The notes beneath the pieces are model-generated. The model worked only from the letters and a program-made list of their open reading frames with translations, was not told the origin of the DNA and did not search any database. Below, piece after piece: positions 25,350 through 37,780 of a DNA stretch of 64,000 nt. The number at the start of each line of letters is the position of its first letter. Positions within the stretch are counted from its first letter, which is position 1. This stretch comes from Hydrolagus colliei. Taxonomy: Eukaryota. The stretch covers positions 8,804,001-8,868,000 of the forward strand of contig CM068750.1 of the NCBI GenBank assembly GCA_035084275.1. The letters run 5' to 3'. A program made the translations under genes and the position numbers.

Positions 25350-26020
25350 CAGTTAAACCTCACCGAACGCGTCTTTCTCGATTGCGAATTCAACTATACG
25401 CAAAGTATAAAAGCGACACTTTTTTGCATAAAGCGCGTGAAACTTGCATATATGCATTGGCTGGCCCCGCGCTCATGCGCACTTGGGAGGTCAAGCTTGG
25501 TGATGGAACCCGTAATGGAAAGGAGTCTGAAATTTAAAACAGGTCTGGATGGCCTCTTAGGACCTTACAGTGAGCTTGTGAAAGACTTTTGGTGGAAGGC
25601 AAAACTACGGAAAATCACTTCTTTCTTTCAACCTGCCAGTTTGTCTCAACAGGCATCCACTGAAAACTTACCTGCTGCTACATCTTCTCGGCCATCCATT
25701 TCTGCCTCTCCCCAAGCATCCGCTACGATGGAGTTTGAGGCCGATTATTTCTTGGCCTCGGACTGTTATGAGAGCGTGGAGAGCGATGAGAGCGGGGAGA
25801 GAGACGAGAGTGGGGAGATTGGGCCAACCGGCTGTGGCCCACCTCAGTACGTACCTTGCATTGGTCGGGTGTGGATGTGCCTGGAGGCTTGAGGTGGGTA
25901 GCCTGTGGCTGGATTCCCCTAACCCCCCTTTTCGCATTACTTGTTAAGCTTACCAAACGCGATTTTACCGAGTGTGCGGTTTTCCAGGAACGTAACCCCA
26001 TGTACGGCGAGGGTTAACTG
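25350..26020 (+). mobile_element. Tigger/pogo non-autonomous DNA transposon, 671 bp, with transposase C-terminal remnant
   Basis: TIRs CAGTTAAACCTCACCGAAC / GTACGGCGAGGGTTAACTG match at 16 of 19 positions, with TA on both sides. Internal frame MEPVMERSLKFKTGLDGLLGPYSELVKDFWWKAKLRKITSFF plus an acidic tail resembles Tigger transposase C-termini. Confidence 0.88.
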
Positions 26021-26739
26021 TATATTGAAAGGCAATATATGCAGTCTGACATTTTTGAATTTGATGTAACTTTTCCTTTAATCTCTTCTCCAAAGGGTGT
26101 GGACAGGTGAGGAGACATGAGTCGGACATTTATGTTACATTTGCTGAGTAATTTACAGACGCTAACGTCTGACAATGGCTGAATCATGCAGCTCACTCAG
26201 CAAGGATAAGCTCTATCTTCACAATGTCTGGTTGCTACTATGTTGTTCAGTGTAATTGAGATTGGTACACAACATAGTGTTGCAATTTTACACCAAATCA
26301 TCGGACCTTTACCTAGCTATGCGACAATTTTCTGGAAGTTGTTTTCTGTGTTTTCAGAGAGGTGTTTATCCATTTTTATTAAAAATATTCTAGAAAGAGC
26401 ATGAAAGGACATTAAGGTAACAGCTTACACATGGTTACAGAGAGGCTTGTTTGATTGAAGGTGAGAGCAGAGATCGATTTTTTTTCATTTTCTCACCACA
26501 CACTCTGTGAGCGCTCATACCATGTACTAGGTCAGGCTATTGTACATCAATTTTAGGTCATTTTCTCCCCCGCATCTATACTGTGATGATTTCATCTTCC
26601 ATTAACACTGAAATGCAATCCTTGCAATTGGAAAGTGTAGAAAATCATTCATTTTCATTCTTTCTCTCGGTTGGCAAACTTTCAGCTACTTTGCTCTTGC
26701 CCTCTAGAACAAATCCCAAGGTCCCTCTGTCCTACCCTA

Positions 26740-27103
26740 GCCATCTACTTTAAACACATCTACAGGCCTGTCTCCTTCACTGTGCTTTTAGTTATCTACT
26801 TGGCACTTCCCTTCTCTGCAAACTTCTCTTGCACTTCTCAGCTCACTCATCTCCACCATCAGTGGCTGTGGTTTCAATTCCTACACCCCAAACGTCTGGA
26901 ACTCCCTCTCTCTACCACTTTGGCTCATCCCTTCACTTACTGCATTTAGGTCCACCTTAAATCCTACCTCTTCGAACACAAATGTAGCCACCTCCAATTC
27001 TTCCCCTCCCCAACTTGTGCATTGTCGAATCCTGTCCCAAAAAGCACTCAGACATTGCCCTCCATGAAGGGTGCTAGAGTATATAAATACCAGTTGTTGT
27101 TGT
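26740..27103 (+). mobile_element. Degenerate L2 LINE 3' fragment
   Basis: ctggaactccctc (WNSL), caccttaaatcctacctcttcgaac, and tail catgaagggtgcta...gttgttgttg. Confidence 0.75.
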
Positions 27104-28589
27104 AGTTTCCTTCCTCAGGCACCCACTTTGTGAAGTACTTCGAGATTCTAGGTGGAAATGTTATATAGGTCTGAGTTGTGTGTGTGTGTGTGTCTTTCTC
27201 ACTCTCTCTCCCCATTTCTCTTCCAGGTGCCCTTAGTGTATAAGCAACTCTGTGATCTTATCATTCTGATGGGCCTGTTATTAAATAGTATTGTACTGTA
27301 CTCTCATTCCTGTTTAAAATGACAAAAATCATCCTCTCTGCAGTCCGCATTCTCCACTGGCATGATTGAATATTAGATATCATGCAGAACAATTAAGACA
27401 GAGTGTAAATCTCATAAATATGGCTGGATTTACTGCCTACTTCAGAGAACATGAGAAACTGAAAAGAGCTAACTGCTTTTTTGTATCACAGTCTTCACTG
27501 CGCTGTTTTTAATGAAATGCTCAGTGGAGTATGTACTTCCGATTAAGATAGTTTACAGTCAAAGAAAGCAGTGAAGCGTCCACTTTTGATCAGCACCATG
27601 ATTCCTACTGAAAACCCAGCAGGTTTCTATTAAATATATTTAGCGCCTTTCATGCAGTAGAACATTTGTGACGAAAGTGACCATATTTGTTATGTTTATA
27701 TAACAATCTTGCCGAACATGGATGAGTTGTGCATTCTCCAAATAATACTTATGTCAATGTTTGTCACATCAGCATTTCATTTCAAAGACTACCATGATCT
27801 GTCTGGTATTTATAGTGAACTAATTTTGTGCTGTTACAAGGGCACATTGAAACCTTCAATTCATGTAGTCATTTGCGTATGATTTTTACAAGTTGTTTTT
27901 CTTCTATTCTGATGAATTTACTAAAGCCAGCATTCTTCAGGAGTATGCAGCTGTGAACTGGTTGACACTGTGGCTAATGGCATGTGGTTCATATGGAAAA
28001 GAGATATTGTCAATTGTAGACACTAATGAATGCTTTTGGGAAGGGACGATAAAAAAAATTGTTGGAAAAGGTGGTGCATTTGTTGTCAGTCAACAGGAGG
28101 CAATCTGGCATCTGATACACAAAGTTCCTCTAAATGAGAGTGAAGCTTGATGGAGAACTCTTTGGGAAATGCTTCTCCTATTTCCTGAGCTAATCAGAGT
28201 TCAGGTATGTAGATTGGCAACTTTCCTGTAACATTTGAAATACAGTAATTGAGGAGATAAAAGTTTTTTTTATTACCTTTCAAATTAGGTTTCAATTTAA
28301 CTTGATAAAGATTACATATTTGTTAAAAGGTCAAGTATCTGTTTCTGATTTCATACCTCTGAATATTTTTCATTCTTAAATATAGTTAGATCTTGAAACA
28401 AGATTGTACAAATGTTACTTTTTATTAGATCTCTATTCACACAGAGGCTGCTTCAGCCAATGAAGAGACTTGATGGATTATTTCGGAAATGACTCAGCCA
28501 CATGACTAGGTAGAAACATTTGGAATTTTCAAAGTAGATTCAAGTGTTCTGAAATGCAAAACCTAGCCATACAGACAGAAAGGTTGCAG

Positions 28590-28810
28590 ATCCAAATCCT
28601 GTGCTGAGCTAACTAATCCCAGTCAGCGTACTATTTGGGGAATTGTACCTCTGGATTCAGGAAGGGGAAACTAGACAGGATTGTCTAGAGACCTGATAAA
28701 AGGTGTGTGTTCACATCTGCTGGAGACAGAACTGGGCTCAACTGTAATTCTCCATCACCTCGACCACTGTCATAACCTGTCAAGTCTTACTTGTGAATAA
28801 TACCACCTGA
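28590..28810 (+). mobile_element. Old interspersed repeat (second SINE-like family), copy 2
   Basis: tgtgctgagctaactaatcccag ... ggaaggggaaa ... gacagaactgggctcaactgtaat, similar to 35220-35400 and to 12020-12175 on the minus strand. Confidence 0.45.
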
Positions 28811-28845
28811 TTTATGCTGTAGTTAGTTAAGTGTGAATAAATTGT

Positions 28846-29160
28846 GTGGAGTCCTGTATCTTAGTGGTTAAAGCACTTGCGTCTCAAGCGAGAGACCTGG
28901 GTTCCAGGCGGGACAAAACTTTGGGCAAGTTTCCTTACTCCACATGCCTAATAATAAGCCTTTGGGAAAAAAAATGAAGAATTGGTCATTTTCAATCCAC
29001 GACTGTTTGTGGACCACTGCTGTGCGCAATTGCCTGTCATGTTTCATGGACAAATACAAAGTCAATTCACTTTACAGTATATTCTGTGAAGTGCTTTGAG
29101 ATCACTAGAAGATCTGAAAAGCGCTATATCAAATGCAAGGATCATTATTATTATTATTAA
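28846..29160 (+). mobile_element. Full-length tRNA-headed Deu-SINE (younger family)
   Basis: gtggagtcctgtatcttagtggttaaagcac head, ttgggcaagtttccttactccac, Deu core, tail aaatgcaaggatc(att)n. Confidence 0.92.
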
Positions 29161-29869
29161 TAACCACTTGTGTCTGACACCCTTGGAACCTTACCCCATC
29201 AGAACCAAAAATGCATCATAAAACTTGAAGAAGAGAGGAGTAAAATTCTGAAGAAGATGAAGAAGAACTGGCTCTTCTGAAGTCTTTGGATGGTGGCCTA
29301 CTTTTGTTAAATGTTATCTATGATTTAGGCCATCTGAATATCATGAAAAAAGTAACGTGGACATCAAACCACCCCCTACCTCCCCCGTGAGCTCAAAAGC
29401 ATTTATCTTTATCCAAGATAGAAGTGCAGATTTTAATGTTGCTCAAAACTATTCTGTTTGATGTCGTTGGCTGTAATTTGCATGCATCATTCCAACTACT
29501 TTGAATAAACATGTTAATGTCATAACCAGCTTCTCAAGTAAATACCTTCTCTCAGAAAAGTTTTTTCCCCCCCCCCATCTGTGCTGAATTAATCTGGAAA
29601 CTACTCAATCAATCTTGAACTGTAAGGGAGTGCACACTATAATTCCAGTTGGGCCTCAATACTGGTAAAAACACTGGTGAGAAAGCAAAGTACACCACAG
29701 GTTTTGTCTGCCCAAATGCTCTAGGGCGAAATGGAAGTTGGTCAATGCAAAAGGTTCTTGTTACATAATTTGATGGATAAAGTCAACTTTGCTTGGTCGT
29801 CTCTTTTTCCTCATCTACCTGTGTCCACCCCCACCCCCGACCTTAGTGATACCATCCACTGCTAATGTT

Positions 29870-30212
29870 TCCCTTCTATAGGTACACGGATGACTCTCCA
29901 CTTTTCTGTCTCCATCCTTGACTCAGGATGTTCTGACAGATGGCTTGTGAGACATCAGGTACTGGATGAGTTTTAACATTCTCCAATTTAATGTCAACAA
30001 AACTGAGATCCATAATTGGCACTCCCTGTCTCTCCCCACTTTATCTTGCCTCCTCTCTTTCCCTTCTTAAAAAAAACTGCCTTCTGACATTTTCCTCCCC
30101 ACCTCACCATCTCCCCTTTCTCCCCCCTCGCTTACCCTGTCTGATTCTATCTTTGCGAAGTGGTCTGAGGTGCTATTCTATGGGAATGGCATGCTACAGA
30201 TGCAAATGGTTA
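29870..30212 (+). mobile_element. Degenerate, internally deleted L2 fragment
   Basis: tacacggatgac (Y.DD), tggatgagttttaacattctccaatttaatgtcaacaaaactgag (WM..N.LQ.NVNKTE), then an L2-type tail. Confidence 0.7.
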
Positions 30213-30786
30213 TTGATTTACACTTGAGTGGATACACAAGAATTGACATTGGGCTCTGGGAAGCTTGGGGGCTCTTTATAACATGCCCACTCAATAACTG
30301 GTTTGAGTAAATTTTGACAGTAGAGGCTCAATGTAGACCATCTGTCCTTCCTTCGGGTATTTTACATTGGTTACAATACTGGCTCCGGGAAATTAATGGA
30401 TTTGCATGCATTTCTCCATGGAACTCTATAAACATATTTTCTCGGTTGTTTAAATGAAGCAGTGAATGATTTGCAGTTGAGTAGTTTATTCCCAAATACA
30501 CTCAAGCGGAAACTATTGTTTTGTACAGATGCATTTTTTTTAAAAGTCACTTTGTCTGTCCTCTTTCTCTTGGTCTCTCTGGGCAATGCAGCTATAGCTT
30601 GAGCATAGGCAAGCTACCTGATCCAAATGTACTGTATTGTTAGTAAAAGCTGCATAATTGGAAAAGTATCTTTGTTGTACTATCTGTACTGTCTGTACTC
30701 TGTACTCTTAAGGTTTTGTGGAAATAAAATAAAAGCAGTGGCATTGAATGGAATACATTCAGTTGTACATTCTGATACGGCAAAAA

Positions 30787-31224
30787 TTTGCCAGGATGGT
30801 ACCAGGAGTTAAGAGACTAGAGTTATCAGGAGAGGCTAGAGAAGCTAGGAATATTCTCTTTGGAGCAGATTAGGTTAAGAGGAGACTTAACAGAATTTTT
30901 CAAAATTATCAGGGGATTCGATAGGGTGAACAAGGAGAAACTATTTCCACTGGAATGGGTTGGTAACCAGAGGACACTGATTTAAGATAGTTGTTAAAAA
31001 ATACAGAGTAGGTGAGGAGAAATGTTTTCACGCAACAAGTTGTTTAGGTCAGGAATGTATCGCCTGAAAGGGTAGTGGAAGCTGATTCAATAACAACTTT
31101 TAGGAGGGAAGTACTGTAGATAGTTATTTGGGGAGGACAGGTTTGCAGGGCTATGGGGAGAGAGCCATCACAGACACAATGGGCTGAATGGTCTCCTTCC
31201 GTGCTGTATGATTCTATGATTCTA
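30787..31224 (+). mobile_element. CR1 LINE, 5'-truncated 3' end
   Basis: Encodes YQERLEKLGIFSLEQIRLRGDLTEFFKIIRGFDRVNKEKLFPL and ends in (tatgattc)n. Confidence 0.93.
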
Positions 31225-31280
31225 GTTATGTGAATGACTCTCAACTTGTGCAGTGAAGATAGCCCAGCCATCTAATCTCA

Positions 31281-31630
31281 AATAATAATAATAATAATAA
31301 TAATCCTTGCATTTGATATAGCGCTTTCCACATCTTATCAACGTCCCAAAGCGCTTCACAGAATATACTGTAAAGTGAATTGACTGTATATATTTGTGGG
31401 CGAATCGCGGCAGCCAATTGCGCACAGCAGTGTCCCACAAACAGTCGTGGGTTGAAATGACCAATTTTATTATTGTTTTTTTTTGGAGGGATTATTATTA
31501 GGCGTGTGGAGTAAGGAAACTTGCCCAAGGTTTCGCCCTCACCTGCCTGGATTCGAACACAGGTCTCCCCAGCTTGGTCTCCCCGGCTTGCAAGACAAGT
31601 GCTCTAACCACTGAGCCACAGGAGCTCCAC
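31281..31630 (-). mobile_element. Full-length tRNA-headed Deu-SINE (younger family)
   Basis: Intact A and B boxes on the minus strand (tggctcagtgg; gttcgaatcc), (aat)n tail, internal 14-bp tandem duplication at 31562-31589. Confidence 0.95.
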
Positions 31631-32371
31631 TCAAAGCATTGTGTGTGGAGCTAAACTATTACAACAGTGTCTGATGATATCAGTTGTGTTTTTAGGAAGT
31701 CTAATATGAATGATCAGCCATGTACAGTGTGTATATTAATTGCATGAGTTGGATGTGGAGGATGATTCGAATGCAACAATTGTGTTCTGGCAGTCTCTGT
31801 ATTATCTTTTTCATTCCTCCAGATGGGAAAGGAGCTACACAAATGTAATTTTGTTGTTGTTGTGTCCTGGAGTGACTGAGATTGGTGTCACAGGCTTCGA
31901 ATACCCCTGTGAATAACAACAATGATGACTGTTTGTAACTCTGCTGTTCACAGACAATTTGATTGGAATTTGGGTTTAAAAAAAATTTTTGGGTGGTTTT
32001 TACAGACATGAATGATCAAGTTATTAGTGGTGCCCTTACACGCAACACTACAGCCAAATTATGTTGATTATGAAACTTCCAGTTTGTTTTTGACCATTAA
32101 CTCAGTTCAAACTTATAAAGATATTATCCAAAATGTAAATATTTTTGTGTTGGCATGGAAAGAAACTAATTTTTTTTTGTCAGTCAAGTGATTCCTCTTT
32201 GATCTTAATTCTTTTACCGCTACAGTACTATTTATTTTCAGTGATTATCTCCATGATGATTTCTATTTTACACAACAAACACTGCTCATGAGGTCAATAC
32301 TTTATTGACCCCATGTCAATAAAAGTAGCATTGCACAGCTTGAGAAGTTACAGTTACTTTTCCTACTATGC

Positions 32372-32492
32372 TTTATCCTGCCCTGATCCTTCCCACCCTG
32401 CTCTTGTCCTACCTGACTGTACAGCGCCTTGGGATGTCCTCTCGACGTGAAAGGCGCTATATAAATGTAAGTTTTGTTTGTTTGTTTGTTTA
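32372..32492 (+). mobile_element. L2 3' UTR stub with (TTTG)n tail
   Basis: gccttgggatgtcctctcgacgtgaaaggcgctatataaatgtaag; closely similar to 47985-48118. Confidence 0.85.
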
Positions 32493-33348
32493 TGTCCCCG
32501 TCAGCAAAGTTTAATTGCTATTGGATACAAGCGGGTCTTCTTTTCACATTAATTTTATGCATTGATTTCACTTTTGAGAGTAATAGCTTCAGTGCAAGTG
32601 GGCTTGGGCAGTATTTTTATTAACAAGATCAGAACATGAAACATCTTAGCTAAGCAGGAGGTCTCATTGAGGGAAAATACAGATGTTTTACCTTATTAAT
32701 GTAACTAGAGAAGATTGTTTGCACAGATTTAAAATTGATCCTGGAATTTTGTAAATGAGGGCAAACAGTTTTGCGCCCAAATATTCTTAATTTTTGAACA
32801 ATTTGCTTCATTTCTTTGGAGATACTTCAAGCACTGGCTGCTATCTGTACTTAATGAGGATTCTGTTTGGCATGCAAGGAGAATCGCAAGCAAGCTGCCT
32901 CTTCCATACAAATAAGCAGACACTGAGCAAACTGAAGTTGTGGAATTCTTTTGGAGAAGAATGCTTAAAAACAGTGCAGTGAAATATGCATTTATGGGCC
33001 TGTACTTACATGTATAAATGAGTTTAGAGCAAACTACTTTGAATATTTATATCTAAAAGGATGCTTTTGTACTTTGGAGGAAGTTGCATAGTTTGGATAG
33101 GTTTCAGATACTTAGTTGAATGTCCAAGCCACTCATTAGTTCATGCTTATGAACATAAGCTAACACGTCTACTCTGCTGGATATAAGTGAAATTTATTTA
33201 TTTAGGAAACTATTTGGGATAATAGTCCTTTGCACTTAATTCTGCGTTTGTACTGATGGGCTTTGCAATGCAGCATTTATACTCCCCACCATACATTACA
33301 TTAAATTGGGACCAAAAGAATTATAAAATGCAGTTTTTGCAATTAATT

Positions 33349-33388
33349 GGGATGTGGGGGGGTGGGGTGGGGGGTGTGGGATGGGGGG
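33349..33388 (+). repeat. G-run tract, potential G-quadruplex
   Basis: Six runs of three or more G separated by 1-4 nt. Confidence 0.6.
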
Positions 33389-35219
33389 ATGGATTGTACA
33401 AAGGCACATTGCAGAGTGACAGAGTATGCTTTATCACCACTCACTCAAAAGTAGCATTGCACAGCTTGAGAAGTAGTTTTGATGTGAATGGGCTATAGAC
33501 AAATGGGAGGCATTAAAGATCATTTGAAGAATGTTTAACAATTTAATTTATAGCATTTTATCTCAGTGAACTGACATCAGTTGTGAGATATTATGTCTCT
33601 CTATATACATATATAGATATACATACTGTATATACTCCCAACAAAAATGAACAACTTGCTCAGTCAGTGCAAACCATTTCTTAATAAGGGTAAAAATTAA
33701 ACTTGCTGGCATCTAAAGCATGATTTTTTAAGCTTTTTGATCTAAAGAGTCCAAGTTGAGAGTCCCTCTGTTGACCAGAAATCTATCTCAGGGACTTGTG
33801 TTAATTGGAATGTGATTCAAAAGTAGATTGCATTGGGGGAAATTCAGGAGAGCAGGTATCATGTACATCTTGAATCCTTAAATAAGGAATCCCATTTGAA
33901 ATGGCTATTTTTGATGTTTACTTTCAGGAGTCAGTACAGGAAATCTTGACATATTTTTGATTTGCTGATTGAAAATCCAGATCCCATGTTCTACAATCTA
34001 AGAGCATCATAGGAAACTTGATTGAAAACCTCATATTTTGAAGGTTTGCTAGAACACGTGTCAAAAAATGTTTGGCTGAGGTCATTTGTTGTCAATATCC
34101 TGTGAGGTGCTTGGAGGCTTAATGGTACTACACAGCGCGGTTCATTAAAGTTGTGTTTCACTAAAGCAGCGTGAAGCTAACAGTGTGCCAACATGCAGTC
34201 GTGTAGTAGCAGAGCTTTGCCAGCCCCCAGTAGGAAGCGTCCAATCCAGCCTTAATGATCCGAGGTAAGCAGATAGCTGAGTGTTGTATGCTTTTGCCAA
34301 AAATTCATCTGAAAAGCTTTGAAGGAAGAGTTGAGAAGAAATAAAATGCTTCTGAAGTTTTATATCTGCATGTGTGGCCCTGAACATGCTGATTTTCTTT
34401 ATGCGCACTTTAGAAGACTATACTGGGGAGTCTTGGCTGATCCATGAAGAAACTTCAGTTGGATGTGAGCAATACTTTTAGGATGAATGTGTTCAGGTTT
34501 GTCACTGACTTGATCATTGTCCAATACTCAAAACAAACCATGGCATAGAAACCCGATTATAACTGAATGCCAACTTTACTTGGCTCTCCCACTGACCAAG
34601 TGTCTGTTTCATTCACGTCACATTGCTGGACACTTTGCAAAGGAATATTGTTGCATGCGTTCTTTTCCCATCGATAAATACGTTTGCTGCCCAGACAATT
34701 TCCCCAAAGGTGATGCGAAACGCAATATTGATGTCTCAAATGAATACAGCCATTCAGTGCAAGCACGCTTTAAAAAGAGGTCACCTTAGAGGAAATTGTG
34801 GAAAAAAACTGTAGGTATTTCACCAATGCACGGGTGTAACATGAGCCCAAATATTCCGAATTCTCTTCCCTTTGCTCTTTTCAATATCCCCTTAAGGAAG
34901 CTTTGTAACTTGACCGATTCTTTTTGACAAAAAATAACTTCTTGTATAGATTTAGACACATCTAGTTAAAGCAAGCTGAACAATGAATGTTACATTCCTC
35001 CGCTGTGCTCGGGTGTGTTGCTCACTTTTTGTTCTCAGGGTGCTTCTCTTTAGTGGGTGAAAAGCGAGTCTGTTATACAACGTACACTTGTGGAACACCT
35101 TCAGCTCTCTTTTACTGTTCTTTCACACGGAAGATTTTTCCAAGGAATACACTGTACGATTCCGTGGCTGCACATAGCTTAACACAAATCAATGCAACAA
35201 CTACAAGATTATGTCATGG

Positions 35220-35400
35220 AGGCACTGTGATTGACCTCAGTGACCTTGAATTAGGAAAACAATTGCAAGGGGCGTGGATACCCCTATCACTCACCAGTGA
35301 CCCGTGGTAGTAAGTGCACTTGTGTGGCTATTGGTTGTGGACATGATCGTGCTTGGCTGTGATCCCTCGCCAGTGGGAGACCACTAGCATTTACATTCCA
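35220..35400 (+). mobile_element. Old interspersed repeat (second SINE-like family), copy 3
   Basis: attgacctcagtgacctt ... ccagtgacccgtgg ... ggacatgatcgtgcttggctgtgatccctc. Confidence 0.45.
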
Positions 35401-36519
35401 GATTCAAGATTGGCAGTGGGGGGTGGGGGAGTAGGCAGGCGGTTGTGAGATACTGAGTTCCACTAATGTCCATAGAGCTATATTCTACAGCCAGAAGGTT
35501 TTTATTTATATAGAGCCCTTCACAAAGAGAGGACATCTCAAAGGACTTTATACTGCTGGTTGGCTGTGCACTTGAACTTGGCGGATAGGGGAAAGGAGAG
35601 GGTACGAACCTACTTATTTGAAATAAAATCTAACCTGATTGTGTCTGCAATGAAGCAACTGCAAGAGATGTATAAGTGTAATTCACTTGTAAACTGTCAA
35701 GTCAGTAAGCATCACGTAATCCAATAGTTATGCCATGTTTGTGATTACAGTGCAAGGCCACTTCACACAAGGCGAAGAGCAGCAAGGAGCAATTATAGCA
35801 TGCATTACAATTTGCACATATCAGTAATGGATCATTCTTGAGATTTTCACTCTACTAGACTGAGATGAGGTTTCTCTTCATTTCGACCAGGAATGTTGAT
35901 TACACCAGCTAAGTAAATGATGTGGTGAACAAAGTATTCCAGTGCCTTCACATCCAATGTGGCCTGTGCTGCCTATGTAACTCAAGTGAAACTGATTTGC
36001 TGTTAGATACTGTTCCAAATCTGAATAGAGTGAGCATTAAATTAGATCACTCTATTCCCACAATCTGTGAAGTTGTCACAGAGTAGCATCTACTAGACCA
36101 GTGCCCACATTGCTATTCAAACACAGTTTATCATCTTAAGAACAGGCTAATTCATAGAGTGATAGATTTTCTAGATGTTGAATGTCCTAGTGAACATTTG
36201 GTAACGCAGACCATTTTTGATCCTGATAGTGTACAGAACTTCTTCCTTTAGTGACATGTTCTCCACTTGCTACATGAATTAGCCAAGTGACAAAACTGGG
36301 TGAACATGAAAGTGAAAGAACTGTACAGGAATTGGAAAGGATATCACTGGAACAACAATTCAGTAGATTGTTAGGATGGCTGAGAATATTTTGCATCCAT
36401 TTGTTGCTTAATTTTGAACCATTCAACACACAATCATTCATCTTTACAGTAAACCCTGTAAAGAGACTTTCTCCTAACATGGTATTCTCCTATATCAAAT
36501 GCAAGGATTTTTTGTTGCT

Positions 36520-36617
36520 AAGTATCTGAAATAGAAATATATGAAAGGCTATGGGGACAAGGAAGGAGAATGGCACTAAATGAATTGGCCGAATGGTCTT
36601 GTGTGCTATAAATCTCT
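36520..36617 (+). mobile_element. Degenerate CR1 3' UTR fragment
   Basis: ggctatggggacaagg ... ggccgaatggtcttgtgtgctata, comparable to 31148-31210. Confidence 0.55.
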
Positions 36618-37433
36618 GGTTCTGTGCGCAAGCAGATTTAGTAATGCTGTCTATTGCGACACATAAAGTAGACTTGTAACCTATTACAGACATTTTTAAT
36701 CAGTATTTTTAATGTAGAGAAATTTGTTGATGGAGGAGTTTTACTCACTGACCTTTTTTTATTTCATCTGATTTCAATCCAGTTTTGAGAAATTTTAGAA
36801 ACAGCCTGCATCAGTAATTTGGTAATCTGCAATTCATTTGCTGAAGGTCATTCTAATATAAAATAAACACATCTGAAGCTTGGTGTGTGTTTGTGGTGTG
36901 GTGTTTAGGAAATTTCTCCAGCCTTGAAAGTAAATCATATCTTGTGTGTGAAAATTATGATGTAGGCCCTCATAGGATCTGAATGCACTTTGCCTTCGGT
37001 TGGGGTGAATGGGGGGAGGGATGCGCTTCCTTTGTCCTTATGGTGAATGAAAATTCCCAAATTCCACAATCAGATGAGATGTAGGAGGAAGAGTGTGGTC
37101 ATGGCATTGAAACTTTCAAAACAAAATTTTTTCCCTCCTAAAATTAAAAATATAATTTCAAGCATCTTAAACCCAGTCAATTAAGTTTTGTGGCGTAACA
37201 TGAAAGCATCTGTTTATTTGAACATTTCTGTGGAATTCAGCGGTGGATCAATAATTGCTGCATGGTGACTGAATAACATCCATAGCTGTCAGTCATATAG
37301 CTCATAATTCATTATTTTGTAATTACATTGAATCATATTTAACTAAATTGGTAAATGACACTATTTGCATAAAGGACAAATTAATCTTTCTGAAAGTGTA
37401 AGGAGCAAATGCATTACTTTTTTTTAAAAAAAG

Positions 37434-37628
37434 ATTGGGTCACTCAATCCATGACAGTCTGTGGGACAAGACTGTACTCAATTGCCTGCTGGGTTTCACC
37501 CACAAAATAGACAGTCAATTCAGTATATTCTGTGCTTTGAGATGTTTCAAAGATGCTTCTGTAGTTATCTGCGCTGTTTTGTATAAAGATGTCATAAGGC
37601 ACTATATGAAACTCAAGGATTATTATAA
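37434..37628 (+). mobile_element. Deu-SINE 3' half
   Basis: caatccatgacagtctgtgggacaagactgtactcaattgcctgc core and caaggattattat tail. Confidence 0.8.
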
Positions 37629-37749
37629 ATTGATTTTGACTTTAGATTGACTGTCCCCAAAGGAACTATCTATTGTGATGGATGAAAATCTAAATGTTTT
37701 ATATCCCGATGTAGTGTGTTTTGCAGTGTTGATTAGCAAAAACAAAAGT

Positions 37750-37780
37750 CTCCCCCCCCCCCCCCCCCCTCCCCCCCGCC
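37750..37780. repeat. Poly-C tract
   Basis: Near-pure C run of about 30 nt. Confidence 0.9.

Noticed and set aside
27200-27320. Strong plus-strand splice acceptor after a (TG)n tract
   Set aside because: The pyrimidine tract is microsatellite-derived; no matching donor and no recognisable peptide.
34170-34264. Possible plus-strand exon ending GAG/GTAAGC with one open frame
   Set aside because: The acceptor lacks a polypyrimidine tract and the peptide is unrecognised; support is insufficient.
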